DNA from: Bacteroidales bacterium
Lineage (GTDB): Bacteria > Bacteroidota > Bacteroidia > Bacteroidales > JACABE01
Length of the DNA stretch: 64,000 bases
NCBI GenBank assembly: GCA_049315385.1
Contig: JBMOKG010000015.1
Coordinates: forward strand, 71 to 64,070
Reading direction: 5' to 3'
The translations under genes were made by a program, and so were the position numbers. The notes under the pieces were generated by a model. The model worked only from the letters and a program-made list of their open reading frames with translations, searched no databases and was not told where the DNA came from. Positions 8,628 through 18,600 of this stretch are shown in pieces. How positions within the stretch are numbered: position 1 is the first letter of the stretch; the number at the start of each line of letters is the position of its first letter.

Positions 8628-11600
8628 TTAATTTTTAACGAGTTTACCGGTTTGAATTAAACCAAAATTATCGTCGGTAAGTGTTACAAAATAGAGTCCG
8701 CTTCTTAAATTACGAATATCAACTTCTATTCCGCCAGCTACAAAGTTCAGTTTGAAATCAGTAACTTGTTTTCCATTTCCATCGAATAATTGAATTTTAC
8801 CGTTTATCATACCTGATTTTGTAATTTCAATAATTACTTTTTCTTTAGCAGGATTTGGGAAAATATTCAGATAATTTTCATTGTCATCAATATGTTGAAC
8901 ACTTCCACTTTTGAAAACTTCGTAATTTGATTGAGGTTCAAAAATGTAATCACGGTAACCATTTGTATTATTCAATAATGAAATAGCAAAATTAGAATTG
9001 ATGTTCTTTTTAGCCTCAATCAAACCCAATTCAATAATTTCATTGCCATTAACTGATTTCCAACCATTTTCTATTACATTCAGATCAGTCAATCTTAGGA
9101 ATTTAAAATCTATTTCATCAGAATTTACAGGCATAAAATTATTTAAATATAATCTTGCATTTACATAATCTGCATGTGAATAATAAAAATTATATTTAAG
9201 TATAGATTTCTCATTATCAGTAAGAGAAGTCAATGCAAGTATTTCATTCAATAATGCTATATCTGTATTTTCAAGAGAAGCCAATACAGTAGCTGCATCC
9301 TGGAATTGAGAAGTAGAGGACTGTAACAATTCTCTATAATTTGCAACAAGAGAAAGACTACCAGCTGTTCCGGCCAAAGTACCAAATAAAACCGAATAAT
9401 TATTACAGGTATATTTAATATTTAAATTACCTTGTGAAGGCATATTATAAATCTGGTGACCACAAGAAGCTGTTGAATGATAAGGTCTATTACTTACAAT
9501 CTGAACAAATGGGAACGAAATATTAAACATACCAAAGTTATCAGCCACTTGAATATTTGTATTGCTGTTGATATCAATTGCAGAATTATAATTACTCCAC
9601 AATGTATTTAAACCAGGATCAGCAGGAACAAGTGTTCCAATATTACCTGTATAACCAAAAGCATTGATACCAATAAAATTGTAATTGTAAAGATAATTAT
9701 TTCTGATTATTGGCAATGAACCTCCAACAAATGAGCGAATGTCCATTGAAGTATAGCAATCAGTGATACAGTTACTTGAAACTTCGCTAAGCGCAGACAG
9801 ATTTATTGTATATAATCCTCTGGTGTTACTATAGTTTCTCATTTTGATGGAATTACAGGTAATAAAATTCTTTTGTTTACCCGTACCATAAAAATAAATA
9901 CCATTAATATCAGGATCAACAATTTCATTGCTACTAATTTGGAAAGTATTCACATTCGTCGCAATAATACCATATCTGAAACCATTTATTTTATTATTGA
10001 CGATACTTACATTAGATGAATACCTTGCATAAATAGCAGAATTACTGTTGTATTTATTATAATTATTTGATAGTTCATTGTTATTAATTTCAATTATTGA
10101 ACTATTAGCATTATCAATATAAATTGATGATGGAGGAGCCACAGCTGCAACATTTACTTCAATTTTGTTATTTTCAATATTTGAAGCATATAGTGGATTA
10201 TTCAATAAAATTGAATAAGTTTGATCGGTAAATGTGTTGGTTGAGAACAAACCTCCGCCTTTAACCTGATAGATACCATAAGTTCTGGGCAAACTGGCAG
10301 CTTTTGAATTAACAAATCCATTCTGAGAAACTTGTTGTGTAAATCTTGATGAAGTTGTATAAATACCATAAGTACTGCTATTGTTTACAAAACTATAACA
10401 ACTTTTGAATACAGGGAAGAATTGTTCTGTAACAAATTTGTTTCCGGACACCGGATGATTAAAATTATTGTTATTATCAACTCTTATTCCATAATTACAG
10501 TTTGAAAAGAGATTATTTGATACAACACCATCAGCCAGGTTCTGGAAATAAAGTGCTACTTCAGCATTTTTAAAAGTAGATTCATTGATGATATTATCAA
10601 ATGTACTATTTCCAACAAATTTCAATCCACGCCAGCTACCATCAATATTACATGGTCTGAAAACAGAATTGCTAGCTCGTAAATGTCCGCCATTAACAAA
10701 ATCAATTCCAGCACATTCACCAAAAACAACATCCATAGTAGTAATATCAAGTGTTGCACCTGAAACTGTTACAATTACATTGTCGTCGATATAATATTTA
10801 CCATCCCACACAACATCAGAGGTATAAGTTATATTTGATGTAATTTTGTGGAACAAAGTATCTGTTTCAGCAAAACAACAGTTGTCCTTTTTAACTCCAA
10901 TCTCAATAATATAAGTTTGAGAACAACTCCCTGAAGGACTTGAAACCGTTATTGTATAAATCCCAGGAGCAAGATTAGAAACAGTAAATGGAATACCTGG
11001 AGTAATTGTTGTTGGCATTGGTGGAACAAGAGGTGAAGATGTTATTGTAAATGGACCTCCAACAGAAGCAGGATCTAACGTTATTGTAAACCAACCATCT
11101 GAAGTTTCATGGCACATAGCATCACCAGTATGAATATCTTCCAATAAAATTGAACAGCAAACATCATTTTTAGCACAAAAAACACCTGCAGTATCCTTAC
11201 ATCCAAAACTATTGGTAACAACAACTGAAATCTGATGATTACCTGGACTGGATGGGAAAGCTAAATTCTGCCCGGTTCCGATAGGTGTTGCATAATTTCC
11301 ATTGTCGTACCATTTTATCAATGGGTAAGCATTGGCATAAGTATTATTTGGGAATACAGCATTAAGTGGTAATGGAATATACAAATGTAAAGTATCAATA
11401 CTGCATAAAGACCCACAACCTAATGGGAATAAACTTAAATCAGGTTTTGGATTAATGAAGCCTGCGTTTGCAGTAACTGAACATCCATTAGCTTTATCTG
11501 TGACAGTCAGACTATAGAAACCTGGTTTTGAAGCAATAATCACAGGCGTTTTAGCACCGTTATTCCATTGATAATAATATTTAGTTGTATTTACCGGAGA

Positions 11601-14600
11601 TGGTGTTAAAGTAATACTGGATCCCTGACAAGCATTTAAATAGGGTACGCTTACAGATGGAGTTTCAAAGAAAGTAACACATATTGTATCACTTGCTACA
11701 CATGTTGTAATATTATCGGATACATTCACTACAAACTGATAGGTAACAGGCAACACAGCAGGAAGCGTTAGTGTAGCAATCGTACTGTTAGTATTTGCAG
11801 GACTAAATACAGCACCCGCTGGAATACTACTCCAGCTATATGAATAATTTGCATCATAAATCGTTGTTAAAGGAACAGTTACAACACTGGATACTGAAGC
11901 ACAATAACGTTTAGTTCCTGTAATTTTTGCTTTAGGAAGCGGATGCATATAGATATAAATTTTGTTGGAAATTTTTGAACATCCATTTCCATTGGTTACA
12001 TCAACCCAGTACTCACCATGTTTATTGGCAATATAAGTACCGGTATTGGCTCCGCTTATAGCAACTCCATCTTTATACCATTGATAGCTACTCATACCTA
12101 TACATGCAGACAAAGTAACAAAACTACCCGGACAAAAAACAGTATCAGAAGCTATAATCGTACAGTTAGGTAAAGGATTAACTGTAATTGGGTTAGTAGC
12201 TGTAGCAATACAGCCCATAGCATCTTGAATGGTAACTGTAGCATTATAAACAGGAGGACTTGCTATTGAATATGCATGAGACCTGATTGGTGAATTATTA
12301 GCATAAGAAAATGACCCATCACCAAAAGCCCATGAATAATTATAATAAGTAGGAGGGCTAAGTGGTGTTGCAGAGAATGTTACAATTGAATTTTGACAAA
12401 CTGGTGAAGTATATGTAAAATTAGCAGTTGGCAATAAAACATTTATATTAGAAGTCCATGTACTTGTACAACCCGTTGAAGATGTAACCGTAAGGGTAAT
12501 AGTATATGCTCCTGACAGCGTAACTAATAACGATGGAGTTGCTACATTTGCATTCGGCGAGAAAATACCTACACCAGGGCCAGTAATAGACCATGAATAG
12601 TTTGTAATCGTAGCTGGAGCTATAGCAGATGAAAGGTTTAACAGCGTTATATTTCCACAAACAACATACGTTTTAAAGAAAGAAAGTACATCACATGATC
12701 CGGGAAGTGGTCCACCACCATTTGTTCCTGGTGTACAATCATCAATTCTCACAATAATAAGATTAGAAGTTGAAGAACAACCGTTCAATGTAACTACAAC
12801 ATTAAACTGATATGTTCCAATTGCCAATGGAGCAATACTAATGTTTAGAGTTGGACTATTGGTAAAAGGAATAGGAATACCATTCTTATACCATTGATAA
12901 GAATAACCTACACCTGGAGGAGTTGATAAAACAAGTGTCTGACTAACACCTCGGCAGAAAATAGGTAAAATATTATAAGATGCAACAGCTGTAGGTGGAG
13001 CATTCACAATTACTGGATAAGAATCACTTCCTGCACAACTTGAAACTGAAAGCATTGCAGTATTCGCAGGACCATGCCATAAAATACTTACTGAATTCGT
13101 ACCTTGTCCACTTTGAATAGTTCCCTGACTTGAAGGAGTTATCGTCCATTGATAACCACCGGGAGGATTGGAACCACCTGCAGAATAGGTTCCGGATCCA
13201 TCAGCACATAATACGCCTGGTCCTGAAATACTTGGTGTTAAATAAGATTCAACAATAATTGATTTTATCAAAGATGGACAGAATACACCTGGACTAATTT
13301 CCAAATCCTGATATACACTTAATACCCAAGGACCAACGCCTGAAAATTCAGCAACGATTGAATCATTATCTGCACCCATTTGTGAGTTAATTGTTCCAAT
13401 TCCGCCACTAATTGACCACACAAAAGAGCTTCCTGAGATATTAGAAGAAATACTGTAAGTAAGTTTTTTGCCGGTACAGACACTGTCAGCACCTATAATA
13501 TTCCCTAAAATTGGTTTTGCAATGGCTTCAACTTTTAGAACAGCATTGGGATTACAGAATGCAGCAATATTGATTGGAGTTGCTGTAACAGTGTAATTAC
13601 CAGGGGCAAAACTTGCAATTATTGATGATGTACCATTTCCGAAAAGAATAGTTCCTCCTGCTGGTGTAATAGTCCAGTTAGCAGCACCATTGGCAGTATA
13701 TGTCTTTGGAGTTCCTTCACAGACTTTTTCATCACCCATAATATAAAATACCGGCAGAACATTAACTAAAACAGAATCAGCACCACTGCAACCTTTCAAA
13801 GGATTATTATATTCGCATTTCACCCAAAAAGGACCTGGTGTATTAAAAGTAATATTTACTGTTGTCGTATTTCTATTTGTTTTATTAAATGAATAGAGTC
13901 CTCCGCTAACAGTCCATTTATAATAAGTGCCGGGTAACCATGGTAAAGAGTAAGATCCTGATGCTCCGACGCACATAACTGATGGCCCGCTTATTGGTAG
14001 GTTTGGATATAAAACCGGTACATTTAATGTAGTAAAACCGGCACAAGCAGAAGAAGGACAGCTTTGTAAAGTAATTGTAGTCGGAACACTATAAGTTGAA
14101 AACCATTTAACTTTAACACAGCTTGTTCCTAAACCTGAAATAATAGTTCCTCCGGTTACACTCCAGTTATATGTACCACATACCATTGTAGTACAAAAAG
14201 AAGAGGTATCGCCTGCACAAACAGTTCCGAAACAACAATCATAATTTATAACTGGTCCATCACCACTAAGCACAACAATTTTCTTGGAAATTGTATCACG
14301 ACATCCACAAGGAGCAATTTGAGGTTCACCCTGAGTATTTGGAATCAATTGTCCAGAACCCATATCAATCGCAGTAAGTAAAACGGTATAAGTTCCGGGA
14401 ACTGTATAGGAATGATCAGGAGGATTTGCCAGATCTGAAGAAGTACCATCACCGAAATCCCAATGATATACACTTCCTCCGAGAGAAGTGTTTGTAAAAT
14501 GAACAGGTGTATTCTTACAAACTGTATCCTTAGATTTTGTAAAATTAGCTTTAGGGCCATCAATCAAACAAAGTTCACGAATAATAGAATCAACACAACT

Positions 14601-15200
14601 ACCACCAACAGCAATATTACTTGTTACAACTTTGATAGTTCCGGCTGTTCCTGAACCCCAAACAATAGTTATTGGATTACCGGTAAAACTTGTTGGTGTT
14701 CCTCCTGTAATCGTCCAGGTATAAGTAAAACTAGGATCATTAGGATAAACAGTATAAGTATGAGCTAGATTTTTACATGCAGCTGCGATAGAATGATTTC
14801 CAGGTGAATTCCCTCCAGTACCCGGATCTGATTTAATATGATTACATGCACCCTCAGGAGGACATATCTCGACAGCATCTTTTAAAACAAATTCAGGACA
14901 ACAAGCTTTTGTAGTCATAAAATTTAAAAGAGATTTGTCAAAAACAGAACTTATATTTTTACCGTTATTAGAATTTGTTTCAAATGGGAAAATAATATAA
15001 TCTGCAGAATTAACTATTTTATAATCAGTAGTTTTTACAATACTAATCTTATGATTACCATTATTTGAATGGTCATCCCTGAGTAATGAGGTTTTATCAA
15101 AAACACCTCCAAAAACATTGGAAAACATGAATATTATTCCAATTAAAAATGTAAAAATTGATTTCATTATTTCTAAATTTAAGTTACTAATTATTTTCAA
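8628..15200 (-). CDS. Giant T9SS-sorted surface protein (2190 aa): PKD domains, Cys-containing Ig-like repeats, a parallel beta-helix region and a CTD (start possibly M12 at 15167)
   Basis: ORF track. PKD signatures are present (VHFTNTS...YHWDFGDGTSS...HSYTVPGTYTVLLTAID and YSWAFGDGSFS). Many modules follow the pattern C.G....Y......G..Y.W...GG. The region from about aa 1500 to 1950 has NN(K/E)I-type beta-helix rungs. The tail is IFPNPAKEKVIIEI...GLYFVTLTDDNFGLIQTGKLVKN. Confidence 0.9.
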   Translation of the reverse strand: MKIISNLNLEIMKSIFTFLIGIIFMFSNVFGGVFDKTSLLRDDHSNNGNHKISIVKTTDYKIVNSADYIIFPFETNSNNGKNISSVFDKSLLNFMTTKACCPEFVLKDAVEICPPEGACNHIKSDPGTGGNSPGNHSIAAACKNLAHTYTVYPNDPSFTYTWTITGGTPTSFTGNPITIVWGSGTAGTIKVVTSNIAVGGSCVDSIIRELCLIDGPKANFTKSKDTVCKNTPVHFTNTSLGGSVYHWDFGDGTSSDLANPPDHSYTVPGTYTVLLTAIDMGSGQLIPNTQGEPQIAPCGCRDTISKKIVVLSGDGPVINYDCCFGTVCAGDTSSFCTTMVCGTYNWSVTGGTIISGLGTSCVKVKWFSTYSVPTTITLQSCPSSACAGFTTLNVPVLYPNLPISGPSVMCVGASGSYSLPWLPGTYYKWTVSGGLYSFNKTNRNTTTVNITFNTPGPFWVKCEYNNPLKGCSGADSVLVNVLPVFYIMGDEKVCEGTPKTYTANGAANWTITPAGGTILFGNGTSSIIASFAPGNYTVTATPINIAAFCNPNAVLKVEAIAKPILGNIIGADSVCTGKKLTYSISSNISGSSFVWSISGGIGTINSQMGADNDSIVAEFSGVGPWVLSVYQDLEISPGVFCPSLIKSIIVESYLTPSISGPGVLCADGSGTYSAGGSNPPGGYQWTITPSSQGTIQSGQGTNSVSILWHGPANTAMLSVSSCAGSDSYPVIVNAPPTAVASYNILPIFCRGVSQTLVLSTPPGVGYSYQWYKNGIPIPFTNSPTLNISIAPLAIGTYQFNVVVTLNGCSSTSNLIIVRIDDCTPGTNGGGPLPGSCDVLSFFKTYVVCGNITLLNLSSAIAPATITNYSWSITGPGVGIFSPNANVATPSLLVTLSGAYTITLTVTSSTGCTSTWTSNINVLLPTANFTYTSPVCQNSIVTFSATPLSPPTYYNYSWAFGDGSFSYANNSPIRSHAYSIASPPVYNATVTIQDAMGCIATATNPITVNPLPNCTIIASDTVFCPGSFVTLSACIGMSSYQWYKDGVAISGANTGTYIANKHGEYWVDVTNGNGCSKISNKIYIYMHPLPKAKITGTKRYCASVSSVVTVPLTTIYDANYSYSWSSIPAGAVFSPANTNSTIATLTLPAVLPVTYQFVVNVSDNITTCVASDTICVTFFETPSVSVPYLNACQGSSITLTPSPVNTTKYYYQWNNGAKTPVIIASKPGFYSLTVTDKANGCSVTANAGFINPKPDLSLFPLGCGSLCSIDTLHLYIPLPLNAVFPNNTYANAYPLIKWYDNGNYATPIGTGQNLAFPSSPGNHQISVVVTNSFGCKDTAGVFCAKNDVCCSILLEDIHTGDAMCHETSDGWFTITLDPASVGGPFTITSSPLVPPMPTTITPGIPFTVSNLAPGIYTITVSSPSGSCSQTYIIEIGVKKDNCCFAETDTLFHKITSNITYTSDVVWDGKYYIDDNVIVTVSGATLDITTMDVVFGECAGIDFVNGGHLRASNSVFRPCNIDGSWRGLKFVGNSTFDNIINESTFKNAEVALYFQNLADGVVSNNLFSNCNYGIRVDNNNNFNHPVSGNKFVTEQFFPVFKSCYSFVNNSSTYGIYTTSSRFTQQVSQNGFVNSKAASLPRTYGIYQVKGGGLFSTNTFTDQTYSILLNNPLYASNIENNKIEVNVAAVAPPSSIYIDNANSSIIEINNNELSNNYNKYNSNSAIYARYSSNVSIVNNKINGFRYGIIATNVNTFQISSNEIVDPDINGIYFYGTGKQKNFITCNSIKMRNYSNTRGLYTINLSALSEVSSNCITDCYTSMDIRSFVGGSLPIIRNNYLYNYNFIGINAFGYTGNIGTLVPADPGLNTLWSNYNSAIDINSNTNIQVADNFGMFNISFPFVQIVSNRPYHSTASCGHQIYNMPSQGNLNIKYTCNNYSVLFGTLAGTAGSLSLVANYRELLQSSTSQFQDAATVLASLENTDIALLNEILALTSLTDNEKSILKYNFYYSHADYVNARLYLNNFMPVNSDEIDFKFLRLTDLNVIENGWKSVNGNEIIELGLIEAKKNINSNFAISLLNNTNGYRDYIFEPQSNYEVFKSGSVQHIDDNENYLNIFPNPAKEKVIIEITKSGMINGKIQLFDGNGKQVTDFKLNFVAGGIEVDIRNLRSGLYFVTLTDDNFGLIQTGKLVKN

Positions 15201-15577
15201 CTACAAATTAGTTGTATTTAGGTACTTTAATGCGTAAAAATACAATCAAACAATTCTAATTCAATATTTTTTTGTGTTAAATTTTGTTATTATTTATAAA
15301 TAAAGTTTTATATATTATCAAAACAAACTCAATTTCACACAAATAAGAAAAAGATGTAAATTATATTCAATACAAATTAATAAACAAACTATTTATATAA
15401 AAGTTTTTATTGAGGCTAAGTATCAGCAAATAAAAGGAAAGAATAAAAACTTCACTAAAAAAGGATAAATGAAACAAACTTTTTTAAAATAAATAGTTAT
15501 TTCAATATTATTTAATGACATCTCGTTCAATTTATAGCTTTTATGAGTAAAATAATCAAATATCATTATTATTATTT

Positions 15578-15585
15578 TATTTTTG
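15578..15585 (+). promoter_or_regulatory. -7 promoter box TATTTTTG (TAnnTTTG)
   Basis: Lies 52 nt upstream of the ATG at 15637. It overlaps TTGCAAAACATTATT (15583-15597), which resembles the TTGCAACATTATT element upstream of the paralog at 36334. Confidence 0.4.
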
Positions 15586-15636
15586 CAAAACATTATTCAA
15601 CAAATCAAATATTTAACAAATAGCCAATAATCTAAT

Positions 15637-18600
15637 ATGAAAAAGCAATTCATTTTTTTAATTATTATTTGTCTTTTTACAAATATTACACAAGCACAAC
15701 TTAATGGAATAAAAAACATCCCTGGTAATTATGCGAGTATTTCAACTGCAATTGACAGTCTAAATATGTTTGGAGTTGGAAATGGAGGCGTAATTTTTAA
15801 TATTGCTGCCGGATATACAGAAATTGCACCTAGCTGTGGATTTGTTATAACAGCTAACGGAACTATAGCAAATACAATTGCTTTTAAAAAAACCGGGACA
15901 GGTAATAATCCATTATTAACAGCAGCATTACTTACAACTTCTACAACTTATGATGGTGTTATTAAGATAGCCGGTGGTGATTATATTACATTTGATGGTA
16001 TTGACATTGTTGAAAATGCTTCTAACACAATTTATCAGACTGATTGGGGCTTTGCACTATTAAAAGGAAATGCAACTGCACCGTTTAATGGTTGTCAGTT
16101 TATCACAATTAAAAACTGTAATATTAGTTTAAACAAAACAAATACGTCTTCTGTTGGTATTTATGCAGGAAATCACACAGGAACCTCCAATGCTAATCTT
16201 CCAATAACTGCGACAACGGATGCAATGAATTTCGCTAAATTTTATAATAATATTATTTCAAATGTTTATATTGGAATTTCAATTTCAGGTTATTCAGCAA
16301 TAAGTCCATACACTTTATATGATTCAAACAATGAGATTGGTGTTGACGGACTCAATACAATTACTAATTTTGGAAGTGCTAATATTAGTGTGAGAGGCAT
16401 TTATGCAACTAACCAAAAAGATCTAAAAATTGCTAACAACATAATAAATTCATCATTAAACGGTTTATCCAGTTCAGCATATGGAATTTTTACGCAAACA
16501 GGAATTTCATCAAATGTTGACATTTACAACAATAACATATCATTATCATTTACTTCCGGCAGTTTAACGCAAAATATATATGCAATTTATAATGCAATGG
16601 GAAATACTGCAGCTTCAAATACAGTAAATATTTTTAACAACAATATTTCAAACTGTAACTTATCTTCTGCTTCTTCCGGAGGTTTGCAAGGGATAACCAA
16701 TACAGCTACTGCATCAATAGTAAATATTTTCGGTAACAACATAAATGACAATTCATTAGCCGGCAGTGGTAATTTTATCGGAATTTTCAACAATGCTAAT
16801 CTTGCTACTAACCCGTTGAATATATATTCAAATAACATTTTCAACAATGCAAAAACAGGATCAAGTGGAAATATGTTTTGCAGTCAGGCACTAACAGCAA
16901 CTGTGAATTTTCATAATAACAGTATTCATAATAATTCGGCTAACGGTTCCTCTGCCTTTTATGCTTATTATAATAGTGGTGCTCCGGTTTCTGAAGCTTA
17001 TTATAACAACACTATATATAATCTTACACATAATGGTTTCGGAGTACTTAATGCATTCCATTTAGTTTCGACAGCTTCAGGAACAAAAAATATTTATAAA
17101 AATAATATTTACGCATTAAATACAGGTGGTAGTGTAAATGGATTGTATTGTACAAGCGGAAACCCGGCAAATATTTATAAAAATAATATTTACAACCTAA
17201 GTAGCAGTGGTACAAATAATCAGGCAATTGCTATCAATTATTCAGGAACAACCGGAAATATTTATAACAACTATATTTCTGAAATTAAAGCAACAGCAAC
17301 AAATCACACAATTGGAGTCATTGGTATAAATCTGGGTGGAAGCAATCAGAATCTTTATTACAATACAATCTATCTGGATGCAATAAGTTCATCAATTACA
17401 ACATTTGGCAGTGCAGGTATTTACAAATCAGCCACATCAATAGGAGAATTCAGAAACAACATAATAGTAAACAATTCAACTGCGGGGCCTGTTGGAGCAA
17501 GTTATACAGTTGCTTTCAGGATATCGGGTGAATACAATTCAAATTACTATACAGGAACTTCTAACAATAACTGTTTTTATGCAGGTATTCCTTCTGCTTC
17601 AAATTTAATTTTCTTTGATGGTATTAATCCGGAACAAACGATGTCAGATTTTCAGACTAAAGTTGCACCAGCTGAAATTGCTTCTTTTTCAGAAAATCCA
17701 CCTTTTACAAATACAATTTCATCTCCTTACAACTTACATTTACAGACAAATTTATCTACAGGATGCGAAAGTGGTGGACTTAAAATCACGATCCCTTCAA
17801 TTACGGATGATTTTGACGAAAATATACGATGGGGAGAAGCAGGTTATACAGGAACAGCATCTGCAACTGATATCGGAGCTGACGAATTTGAAGGAATCCC
17901 AAATTTTAACTGTACATTACCTACTCCTGGAAATACAATTGCTTCAGATACATTGATATGTTCAGGAAATTCAACATTGCTTTCATTACAAAATATTATA
18001 CTTCAAACAGGAATTGCATACCAATGGAAAAGTTCAGTTGATGGAATAAATTATACTGATATTTCAGGAGCTTCATCCTCTAATTATTCAGCATCACCTT
18101 TAATGACTACTTATTATCAATGTAATGTAATTTGTAAAAACGGACCTGTTTCGATTTCTTCTACTCCTATTCTTATTTCAATTAAATCATTACCATCTAA
18201 TGCAGGAATTATTACAGGAACTGATACATTATGCCCCGGGCAAATGAATATTGTATATTCAGTTCCTCAAATTTCTAATGCAGATTCTTATATATGGGAA
18301 TATTCAGGAAACGGAGCAAGTATAAACGCAACTAATAATAGCATTTCAGTTAGTTTCTCACAGACAGCAACTGACGGAAATTTAACTGTAAAAGGACATA
18401 ACCTTTGCGGAGATGGTATAATTTCAACTTTCTTTCCTGTACATTTTTTACCTTTACCTGATTCTGCAGGTTTAATTACAGGGACAGCTTATATTTGTCA
18501 GGGAGAATCTAATATTAGTTTTTCTGTTCCTGCAATTACAAATACCACTTCTTATTCATGGAATTATTCAGGAACAGGTGCAAGTATAACCGGAAATGGA

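Noticed and set aside
15201-15636. Replication origin at the divergent, very AT-rich 436-bp spacer where gene orientation switches
   Set aside because: I found no DnaA-box-like TTATCCACA or TGTGGATAA motifs by eye, and no dnaA or dnaN genes nearby. A divergent promoter region is sufficient explanation.
17615-17956. All other short track ORFs nested in or antisense to the giant genes (e.g. 17615..17956, 24013..24336, 24179..24445, 28320..28604, 57782..57991 and its repeats)
   Set aside because: They are off-frame or antisense readings of long, motif-rich ORFs. Several recur only because the underlying DNA is duplicated. None has independent start, signal or domain evidence.
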